Assembly: GCA_046563655.1 (NCBI GenBank)
Contig: CM102290.1
Location: forward strand, 14,880,001-14,944,000
Source of the DNA: Yuukianura sp. NJ FZ-2021
Lineage: Eukaryota
Direction: 5' to 3'
DNA length: 64,000 nucleotides
Positions 1-10,042 of this stretch are shown here, piece after piece. The translations under genes were made by a program, and so were the position numbers. Position 1 is the first letter of the stretch. Every line of letters begins with the position of its first letter. The notes below the pieces were generated by a model, which saw only the letters and a list, made by a program, of their open reading frames with translations, did no database searches and was not told the origin of the DNA.

Positions 1-2142
1 GTTTGAACACTTTTGTCAAACATTTGAACAGCCCCGGTTTCCCGGACACGAAAAGAGTAGTAGTAGCCATGCTCAGTTCCACTCCACGAAGATCCTGACA
101 CTGATGCTGGAGACTGTTGTGACCCTGACCTACTGGGGTCATGTGACGACGAAGGGTCAGGGGGGCCCTTATCAAAAAATATCGTTGGGAGTGGAACGGA
201 ACTGGCAGAAGTCGGGAGCGGAAGTGTTTTGAACGGGGAACGCCGAGTGAGCACTCGGGCGACTGGAATTGACGTTTGACTTGCGATCAGCTGATCGGCT
301 GCTATTAGTCTCGGACTGGGATTATTAACATAGTAGTTGCTGGAGTCCAGATCTGGAAGAGAGTGACTGATCTGTCTCAGTTTCTCCAGTTGGAGGTCAA
401 TCAAGGTCGTGACCTCTTCTGGAGGTGCCCGAGGTCGTGTCAAGGTCAGTTCTTCAACTCCTTCTGGAAGTGACTCAAGTAGAGGATGGACACTATGCTT
501 TTTGGAATGGTGGTGAACTTTAGTAACTGACTTTTGAATGTACTTTTGAATTCGCTCTTCGATGTAAACGCGCCGTTTCTCCCGTGCGAGAGCCTGCCGA
601 GCTAAAGTTACTTTGTTGAGTCGTTGGGGGTAGTTGGACGGTCGACGTGGATTGGGATACACAAGACGTTTCGGTTTTCTCCCGCTCCGAACTCTCCCGC
701 TTCCCGGACGGGGAGACGATGTGTGACCTTGACCTGGACTTGACCTTTCCCCAAAAGTCAACTCCTCTTCTTGCCTGGATTTAGATTTTCTGTGTGTGCC
801 AGAATCTATTTGGGTTTGAGTCTGAAACTCGCGGGAAATTCGTTGACGATTTTCTTCTTCAACGTTAGACCGACCATTTTCTTCTTCAACGTTTTCCCGA
901 CGATTTTCTTCTTCAACGTTTTGCCGACGATTTTCTTCTTCAACGTTTGACCGACGATTTTCTTCTTCAACGTTTTGCCGACGATTTTCTTCTTCAACGT
1001 TTTGCCGACGATTTTCTTCTTCAACTTTCTGGTTGGCGATTTTCTTCTTCAACGTCTGGTTGACGATTTTCTTCTTGTTTGACGTTTTCCTGACGATATT
1101 CATGTTCAACGTCATCATCATGACGAAAATCATGACGATTTTCGCCGTCATGGACGTTTTGAAGACTCTCGTGTTCATGGATGTTTACATTTTCTAGTTT
1201 GATATCGTATTGAGTATTAGAGGGATTTTCAATTTCGGTTCCGTACTCGTTTTCGTTATCTAAGTTGGGATATTTTTGTTGAATTCCGTCGTTCGTAGTT
1301 CGGTATTCCGTTGGATCCAGATCTCGGTATTCGGTATTTTCAGTTTCGGAAAAATCGTATTGATGATCGTGTTCTGTTGACAAATCGACTGTATCCTGGC
1401 TTTGATTTTCTAGAAAACGATTTTCTGCCGCAATATTTTCTGAAGAATGATTTTCTGTTTCGAGTTTGGAAGATTTTAGTTTTTCGATTTCTGTTTCTGT
1501 ATTTTGTTCAGTCTGTGCCACACTGTGAATGTGAGAGTCGTCTGAAATGTGGTCCTGCTGAGTACGTCCATAGTCCGCCTCTTCATAAGTTTCAAAGTCT
1601 TGTTCATAGTCAAAGGGCTGGTCATGGTCAGCAGTTCGTCTGCCCATGTCAGCTGATTCGTCACCCCCAACATGAATGACAGTTTCGGGTGACGAAGGGC
1701 TCTCGGTGTAGCGACTGTCAAAGGACTCTGCATGTGCGAGCCCACGACTAGCAGAGTCCACATCTCGTTCGACTTGAATCGGAATGTCACGACTCGGAAA
1801 TTCTTGTGGTGACCTTGACCTTTGGTCAACGGAATTTGAAATGCGATGTATCCTGACTATTTCCTTTTCCTCGTCTCTGATTGGCGTAGAGTCAGATGCT
1901 CTTGAGTAGGTTGAGATCAGTTCGTCGTTGGTGATGGACGAGTGACAGTCGGGGCAGTAGTTTGTGGTGGATTTGGATGATCTGGAGGTGGACACAGAGT
2001 AGAGGGGGTTGGGGGAGGGGCTAAGAGGGAACGGGGGGAAGGGGGTCGTGGTGGGTTGGGGGGAGGGCGAGTTTCTGCGGTGTGTGGGAGTGTGGAGCGG
2101 TGGCAGAATGATTGTGATGTTCATTGTCCCTTGACCTCTGAC
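1..2142 (-). CDS. Large low-complexity coding exon, probably the continuation of the SPATA1-like gene; interrupted by a 1-nt frameshift at about 1025-1029 and open to the window edge
   Basis: ORF 2124-1021 (367 aa, acidic, Ser/Pro-rich). After removing one A, the frame VEEENRRQN...RISREFQTQ...MFDKSVQ stays open from about 1025 to position 1 (read manually, about 340 codons with no stop). Linkage to the upstream exons is inferred from strand and proximity. Confidence 0.6.
843..1095 (-). repeat. 27-bp coding tandem repeat (AACGTTGAAGAAGAAAATCGTCGGCAA on the minus strand; NVEEENRRQ), about 7 well-conserved copies plus degenerate flanking copies
   Basis: Repeated ACGATTTTCTTCTTCAACGTTTTGCCG is visible on the plus strand. 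Confidence 0.95.
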
Positions 2143-2826
2143 CTTAAATAAGTTGACCTCTGACCTGGCTTATAACTTAACAACCTAACTTAAAGTTAGA
2201 AGTTAGTTAGATGTTGGTGATATGTGAGAGGTTCGGTGGACAGAAGTGGACTGTGTCCAGAGTGGGCCGTGACTGGACGATGGTGGACTTAATGTGAAGT
2301 GGAAGTGGGGCGCATGACCAAAGTTGAGTGGCAATTGAGGTCTTTTGTTTTTGAAAATGGATTAGGCACAAGGCTTGACTTGCATAAGCTGAAGTTGGCG
2401 TGACTGGAAGTTGCCCGGATGATTAAGGACTTTTCGGAGTGAAATGGATTTTTTCGGAGCGAAATGAATTGGTTTTAGCCAATCAGAAGTGGGCTAGGTG
2501 TTATTTCCTAACAACGCAAATTCCTACACTTTTTCGAACAAAACTAATCTCAAAATTATACTATGTAACTATTTATCGGCGTATAACGCGCGCGTTATCT
2601 GTTGTTTTTCTGTCCAAGATGAAATGAAAAAAAAAATGAAAATTATTTGTAATATTTAAATTAAAGTTATCACTAATTCAATCTTTTTTAGATTGGAAAT
2701 GATATTTCATTGCCCGTTATACACCAATAAATCGGTATTTGGAACGAATTTTTGTATTTTTTGATAAAAAGCGATTTTTGGTGGGGCCCTTGGACACAAA
2801 TTTTTGGAAAAAGTTTGTAAACTTAC

Positions 2827-3919
2827 GAGTTCTTGCTCTGGTGTGGTGACAAAGGTCATGACAAATGTGGGGCGGAGTTTCTTCACGGAGTAGCATCGGA
2901 AGTGGACTGAGCATGCGCAGATCATCGCTCGGCATCACTTCCAGCAGATAAATCTCAGGGTCATTCGTAAATGGCGGCAAAAAGTTTTTCACTTTCAGTT
3001 CAATCTCTTGTTTCGGTTTCAACTGAAACAAAAAACGGGAAAAAATGAAGTTTTTTATTCTTTAAAAATGTAAAGTTTGGCGGAATGCCTTGCCTGGACA
3101 AAGATGTTGCCAACACTTCTGACGAAGGCAAAGTCCCGTGGAATGATGTCCTGTCCCAGTTGAATGGCCAATTCACGCCGTAGGTTGTGGACTGACAGTT
3201 GCGGTAACACACTGCGGACACACGGCATTTCATTCGTTATAAAAACTTCTAGCTGGATAAAGTTGGGCTAACTTTCGTTATGTTTTTGTTAAAATTGGGG
3301 TTAAAATGGGTCGTTACCGGACAAATCCGAGTGAGATTCCTTCTTCGACGATGTTGTGTCGGTAGAGTCTTCTGGACAAAACCCACTTCTCTCGTGGGAC
3401 GATAAAAACTTGGAGGTCAACGAGCTGTCGTGGGTGATAAAACGTTACCATTTTAGGAAATGTCCTTTGGCGCCAAAATCTCAAAATTCAAAACTTTGTA
3501 ACAGCAACTATACTAAAAATGTGATGTGTGTCTGTGTGTGTTTGGGTGGAATCAGCTGTGTTGCTAACTCTTGAATACAGCTGCTAGCTGAAGCTGGCTC
3601 AAATCAAGTATGCTTAAAGTTGAAAAGCTAAGCTAATTAAAGTTAAGTTATTTGAAGTTAAGTGAAGTTCTTTGAAGTTAAGCGAAGCTACGTTGAAGTT
3701 TAAGGTTGAGTAGTGTGCGGAATGTGTGGATGTGTCCAAGTCGATAAGAGAGGACAGACTGAGGAGCGAGAGTGTTGTTAGGTCATGTTAAAGTTGTTTT
3801 GAGGTTACCATGGTGACTGGATACGCTGCTGGAATGCGAGTTTTGCGCCCACTGGAGTCGTACTTCTCAGTCACGCTCTTCCTTCCGGTGTCCTTCTCCT
3901 TGTTTTTCCCGCCGCCCAT
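2827..3919 (-). CDS. SPATA1: SPATA1-like protein, N-terminal exons (approx. 3919-3809, 3425-3318, 3212-3094, 3022-2827)
   Basis: Spliced translation MGGGKNK...PVTM|LVDLQVFIVPREKWVLSRRLYRHNIVEEGISLGFVR|VLPQLSVHNLRRELAIQLGQDIIPRDFAFVRSVGNIFVQ|LKPKQEIELKVKNFLPPFTNDPEIYLL matches the recalled SPATA1 N-terminal domain (LVELHVF...SAGFIRV.PQL...KQE.ELK.K.F.PP....PE.YLL). There is an in-frame stop just upstream of the ATG at 3919. Confidence 0.8.
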
Positions 3920-5168
3920 TCTTCACCTCGCTTCAAGGCCAATGGGACCAGTGCGTTTTACCTCAACCAACCTCCGCTGATCACTCACTGACTTTCTCTC
4001 GTTGTCAACGGGCTGGAACGACGCTGGAAGCGATCTGCACTGGAAAGACGCTGGAAGCGATTTGGAAGAGCTGCAACTGGTCTAGTTGGACAGAAGGTCT
4101 GAATGAGACTGTGAGTCAGGCACACGAATTCAGTTTCCGCTTAGCCGCTGGTCGAAATTCGGTCTCAAACGCCTGAGCACCTACAAGCGGGCAGTTGACC
4201 TACTTTTTTGGCGGATTTGTTCAAAATGTTCAAATTTTGAGAAGTTGTGCTTAGAGTAGTTATTACGGTGGACTATCGTGACCTCGATTCTCATTTTGAG
4301 GCTTTTTACTCAGAAGAAACATGAAATCGGGGGAAATTGAGACTTTTCACGACCGACTTTTCATCAATTGAAGTCAAAGTGGGAAACAAATACTTGGAGT
4401 GTTGATGTATAGTTACTCCCTCCATGATACATAGTTACTCCCTCCGCGGGAGAAAGTATGGTACATAGCTTGAGACACATTTTTAGATTTGAGTGTCAAA
4501 TACCGTGACTTGGTTGAACTCTTTTTTGGAGAAAGTTTTTTGAAAAAAAAACACAATAGGGAAAGGAATTTGAAAAATTTGAGGCCACGTTACACTTATT
4601 TTCTAAGCAGGATTTTAGTACAAAAAAAATTTAAAAAAAAATTGAAAAAAGGCATGTTTAAACAAGATCAAAAAACAAGAATCTGCTGATTTCATTCGAA
4701 AGATCAAAACTTTGTTGACAATTTTGCACTTTTTTTTTGAAAATGTATTGATCAACTTTTTTTTTGAAAATTGTAAAAATGTTCTCTTTTTTTTTTTTCG
4801 TTTTTAGGATCGCCTATTAAGTAGACCTTGGCGTCTTTTGTGTAATCTGGACACGCGATCTCCTCATTCAGTCCACGAATCAACTCCCGGGTAGTTTTTT
4901 TCCGGGAAATTCAAAATTTTGGAAACGGTGACTGTGACCTCATCTGGAAAAACCTGGAAATCGAGGTTAATCGTGAATTTGACTGAGCCAACTCACAACT
5001 GACACAAAAAGTAAAAATTTTGAAACAGTTAAGGCAATTTTCATCGACATTTTAACACTCACGACATGCAAACTCAACTTTTTGAAAAAATTCAAAATTG
5101 AAATTCTTTATTCGTAATTTTTGTTTTAATTTTTAGTCTAATCACTTCTGAGATTTGTCGTAATCAAG

Positions 5169-7645
5169 ATGTCTCAACTTAGCGATGAAGCGGTAAGAAT
5201 CAAACGCCAAAATATGGAACTTCAAAATTTTGAAAAAAAAAATTTTTTCAAATTTTTTTTAGAAACGAGATATTGCACATAAGTTTGAATTGCCGGAACG
5301 GCGGTCCAAAATTGCTTCGTACCTTAAGGAGGCAACGCGGTATTGCGTTTGTCGCTCGACGGACTCTACGAGGTTTATGATGTGAGTTAACATGAAAAAT
5401 TTTGAAAGTTTTTTTTTTTGAAAAATTGTAATTTTGTGAAATTTTGAAATTTTTCAGTGCCTGTGACCACTGTGATGAGTGGTTCCATGTTGACTGTGTG
5501 AACTTGACGAAGGCTGAATCTGCAGCGATTAAGCGCTATTACTGCCCACAATGCACCACGAATTTCCCCAAACTCAAAATCATTTACAAAAGTCAGCGAA
5601 CGAAGGCAGAAAAAGCAAAAGCAGCGGCAGACGCTGCCAAGAAAAAACAGAACGCTGGACGACCACCAGCAGCACCCAGTCGGCCTGTCAAGAAAGGCAA
5701 CTTTTTTTTTAAATTATGAAAATTTTTCAAAATTTTGAAGGTTTTTTGAATTTTGGTTTTAGTTTTGGCAGAGAAGAAAGCCTTCAAATGCACATGTGAA
5801 GGGCAACATCGATCCAAAAGTTGTGGAAAGTGCAGCGGATGTATTCGGAGAGGGAAATGTGTGGATCCAAAGTGTGCTGGAAAAAGAGCGGTAAAAAATA
5901 TTTTTTCAAAATTTTGAAAATTTTCGAAATTGATGTCGAAAAACTTATTTTTTAGACGTTTAATCTGAGTGATGAGGATTACAAGTCCGGAAGTTCTTCG
6001 GATTCGGAAGATTCCGAACCGGAACCGGTTTACGTTCCGCCGGTACCGAAAGGAAGAGCAGCCGCACAGAAAGCCAAGGATACAAAGAAAAAACCCGTCA
6101 GAAAGGTTCACCAGCTTCATTTTTTGGCTTGACCTTTGACCTTTGTTGACCTTGACCTTTGACCTTAATTTTTTTTCTGTACAGCCTGCGGCTAAAGGTG
6201 GTGCTCCTAAGCGGAACTACCGACGAAAACCGATTGTTGCCGTGAAGCAGCCCGAGAAAGAGTCGAGCAGTGACGAAGAAACGGTAGAGTTTGGCAAAGG
6301 ACCGCGACAGTGTTATGGACCAGGCTGTACACAACTGGCCCGCCCAAATTCAAAGTACTGCCAAGACTACTGCGGTATTGCTCTGGCACATGCTCGAATC
6401 TATGCTGTAAGTTTTAAAAACCAAAATTTCATTTCAAAAGTTTCCATTTTTCAAAATTTTGAAAACTCTATTTTTTAGATCCTGCCACATCGACTGAGGG
6501 AGTGGGAAACACCGTCAGTTGCTCACGAGCACAACGAAGTAGATTTGCTTGAAATTAGAAAAAAGTATGAAGAAGCGGGAGTAGAAATCAGAGACTTACT
6601 GGGAATGAGGAGAGTAAGTTTTTACGTTTTTACAATTTACGGTTTACGGTTTTTACAATTTACGGATTTACGTTTTACGTAGGAGCTGGACAAGCACCTT
6701 GGTCGTGTCAAAGAGATTGAGCTCAACTCTGACTCGAGTGACGAAGATCGTGACGAGGAGGGCATGATGTACTGTGTCAGTTGTGGACACGAAATTTCTA
6801 TGAAAACTTGTCTCAAACATATGGAGAAGTGTTTCAACAAGGTAACAACTTTTTCAAAATTTTGAAAAATTGGATTTTTAAAACATTTTTTGAATTTTTA
6901 GTACGAAGGGAAAACGACTTTTGGATCCGTGGTGCAACAAATGCAAATTGAAGGCCCGCCGCTCTTTTGTGACTTTTACAATGCAGCATCCCAGACGTAC
7001 TGCAAACGACTGGCAGTGCTGTGTGCTGAGCATGTGAAGCAAGTCAAAATTGGTGAAAAGGAGGTACGACGTTTCAAAATTTGAAGAATTTTGAAAAAAT
7101 TTGAAAATTTTGAAATTTGTTTGCTTAGCTTTGTGGATATCCGCTGAATGAGTTGACTGACAAACTTAATCCATTTGGTAAATTCTGTCGTGTAAGAAAA
7201 AAAAAGTGCAACAGACATTTTTCTTGGGACAAGTTGAGAAAAGCATCAATCGATATGCAACGCGTTCGTATGGTAAGAAGTTATCCTTTATTTTTCCAAA
7301 TTTTGAAACTTTTTTGAAATTTTTTTTTTGAAATTTTAGTACTTGAGAATGGATGAGTTGCTGGAAAAAGACTACCGGATCAGATCAGCCCAGGAGAACC
7401 GCGGTTCCTTTATGAACATTCTTTTGAATTCGACTTTTGACGAAGAAAGTTTTCGAAAAATGAAAGAAGATCAAGAAAAAGAGAAAACAAAAGAAAAAAC
7501 TGAGAAAATGGACACGGAAGCACCAGCCGAGGCGCCAAAAACTAAAATTTGGAGCGGGAATTTGAATTTGTCTGAATCTGATGAGTCTGAGGAGGAGGAG
7601 TCATCGGAGGACCAATCAGACGAGTCGTCGTCTCCGACATCTTGA
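5169..7645 (+). CDS. CXXC1: CXXC1/Cfp1, COMPASS (Set1) subunit, about 11 exons
   Basis: MSQLSDEA|KRDIAHKFELPERRSKIA...[28 protein letters not shown]...YYCPQC (PHD finger); QCYGPGC...ARPNSKYC..YCGIALAHARIY; MYCVSCGHEI...KHMEKCFNKYE; FCDFYN...TYCKRLAVLCAEH; C-terminal RVRMYLRMDELLE. All are Cfp1 hallmarks and splice phases are consistent. Confidence 0.93.
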
Positions 7646-7696
7646 ATCTGATTGGTTGTTGGGTTCTCAGGAGGAATCTGATTGGCTGTTGAGGTC

Positions 7697-8196
7697 TCAG
7701 GAGGTGGAGCGAAACGGTTTCAGCGACAGATCAGACGCCAGCGTTTCACAGACCTTCAGTTGCTGCAGTTCGGTCTGAATTCAGAAAAAGTATAGTTTAA
7801 TTTTTTTTATGAAATGCTAAATTATGAAAATGTTCGTTTTTCGCAGATTATGCAGATTTTTTTTTCGTTTTTTGTTAAGTTACTGGAAACTTTACTTAGG
7901 TTTAGAGCAAAACGGCGAGAGAACTAATAAATTATTTTACTAATTAGTGCAGTTAAGTTTTAATTGAGATTCGTTACCTGAATGAGACGCTGGATTCGTG
8001 TGAGTGTGTCGGTTGGTGGGACACAGGGTTCCTGGAAGTCTTCTGCGAAGGCCCCACCCTCGGCCCCACCGGAAATCGGATGCTTCTGATTGGTTGTTCG
8101 TTTTCCCCAACTCGGGGAAAAGTTGACCTGACCTTCCGCTGACCAACAGAACAAACACAGAAATGCGACGACAAGAGTCAGCACAAAGACCTTCAT
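7697..8196 (-). CDS. Akh: Adipokinetic hormone/RPCH-family precursor; predicted mature peptide pQVNFSPSW-amide (exons 8196-7978, 7774-7697)
   Basis: Signal peptide MKVFVLTLVVAFLCLFCWSAEG, then QVNFSPSW-G-KR (amide donor plus dibasic site), then a precursor-related peptide with two Cys: ...EPCVPPTDTLTRIQRLIQ|TELQQLKVCETLASDLSLKPFRSTS*. GT-AG phase-0 intron. Confidence 0.95.
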
Positions 8197-8529
8197 CTAA
8201 CATAAGGTAAAAAACATCACTGCAGATATGTTCTCAAGGTTTCAAAATTTGAAAAGAAAAAAGTTAAAAATTTGAAAAAAAAAATCATACTGATAGGGAT
8301 CCCACATTTTACAAAAATCTTACGTCTTGTATCCTTTTTTTTGAATTACAGAAATTGAAAAAATTCGAGTTATAATCGCTTGTCCTCTTGCAGATTTCTG
8401 GATTTTTTTTTCTGAAAATTCTTAATAAAATGTTTCTTGAAAAAGTTATTTTTTCTGAAAAGTTTTCTTTTGATTTTTTTTTTCAGATTTTGATTTGTGC
8501 TGGACGTTGTAATGGAAGCGACAGATTGA

Positions 8530-8567
8530 GAATGAAGTGCCTCTGGAATGCACCTCTTCATTTTATA
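8530..8567 (-). promoter_or_regulatory. Candidate TATA box plus initiator for the AKH gene
   Basis: TATAAAA on the minus strand at 8567-8561, with Inr-like GCACTT/TCATTC 30-35 nt downstream. The AKH ATG is directly preceded by TTAG, consistent with a 5'-UTR intron. Confidence 0.45.
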
Positions 8568-10042
8568 CGATCCTGGAATCGCTGCTGATTAATTTGTGAA
8601 GAAGGTGGACGCTGTCGCTGATTTTGAAGTGGACGCTGAAAAGCCAAGAGTGGAGAGGCAGTGATCCAGCGCTGATTTATGGCCATGGTCATGACCCATG
8701 TCTTCAATCATCTTTTCTTCTGCAAATAGACACGAACGTTAGGCTAAAAACCTAATCTTAGCCTAAAACCTAACGTTAGGCTAAAAACATAAAGTTAGGT
8801 TCCTCACCTTCAATTATGTTTTGAAAAAAAAAACACTTAAGTTCATCCAGGGATACATGCAATTTCCATCCAATTCATTCTCAATGACTCCTAAGTTCAG
8901 GTTTTTCTTAGTTTTGAAATTTCGAAAAAAAAAATCGAACAGAAAGTTTACTTTTCATCAGTTACTGCCTCAACTGTTTGCTTTCTTCATGTTTCATGGT
9001 TTAAGATTTTGAAAATTTGAAAAAGTCATTTTCGAAATGAAGACGGAAGACTTGGATTTTTGAATGACGATAACAATGACTTTGAAATTTTGAAAAAAAA
9101 AACAATTTTTTTTCGTATTTCATTCCTTTTCGGCCCAATTTGAAATCATTTTTGTTGATTCATTTTTAAGCATAAAAAATAAAGTGTAGTTTTTATTTAT
9201 AAAATCATTTCAACTTGATTTTTTGTACCATTTTCCCAAAATCCCAAAATCGTTAGTCACCTTACATCTTTTTTTCGTAATTTTCTAAATGTTTTTTTTT
9301 TCAAAATGTTAAAACATTTTTTGTTTGAAATTATAACCATGGACCCATTGCAGAAAAAGTCTTCGACTAGTCAACTAGTCGATAGAACTTCAACTTTAAA
9401 AAAAAATTAAATTTTCATAAACTGAATGCTAAAAACTAAATTGCTCTGTTTGTCCAAATATTGGACGTACAAAAACTTCTGTGACCTCTGTTCATCCTAA
9501 CCTTACAAGGTTTTCAAGGTCACTGACCTTTGGATTTGAGGGGTTCACAAAATTTTGTTAAACTATGGAAAAGTACTATAAAAAGTACTACAAGTACTAA
9601 AAGCACTAGAAAGTAGTATAAAGACTTAAAGAGGGGTACACGTGTAACCAAGGTAATTACTTAATTACGTAATTACTCAAGTAATTAGTAATTATAGGCA
9701 AAGTGGAGGGGGAGATGTCAAGGTCATTGACCTTTGACCCCTTTGACCCTTTCATACAACTGAAAGTAATTCAAGCGGGGTTCACCGAAGAAAGGGTTAG
9801 GATTGGGGTAGGAATAGGTTAAGATTAGGGAGGAAAATATTCCAGGAATATTTCAGGAATATTTGAGGAATATCCCAGGAATATTTTAGGAATATTTGAG
9901 GATTAGGTTAAGGTTAAGTTAGTATTAGGAAAAGAGTAAAAGAACTGCATAAAACTGCAGTAACGGAATGTGTTACGCTAAGAAATTAGCAACATTGTGT
10001 CATTTGTGGACATCCTCAACGGAATTGCGGAGTTGTTGGCTC

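Noticed and set aside
806..1024. ORF (KKKIVGKTL)n, and the CRISPR-like look of the repeat
   Set aside because: This is the wrong frame of the 27-bp coding repeat. The units are contiguous with no unique spacers, and the context is eukaryotic with no cas genes.
3000..3233. ORF MKCRVSAVCYRNC... as a possible THAP domain
   Set aside because: It is an out-of-frame reading of a SPATA1-like exon.
3804..3817. RFX X-box match GTTACCATGGTGAC in a sperm/cilium-type gene
   Set aside because: It coincides with the exon 1 donor (ACCATG|GTAAC on the minus strand), so coding and splicing constraints explain it. A dual role cannot be supported from sequence alone.
8738..8800. TTAGG/CCTAA clusters (also about 16800-16850 and 63305-63375) as interstitial telomere
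   Set aside because: Short, degenerate and in mixed orientation; not a (TTAGG)n array.
9830..9905. GGAATATT repeats downstream of Ets98B
   Set aside because: Ordinary degenerate 10-bp minisatellite with no further structure.
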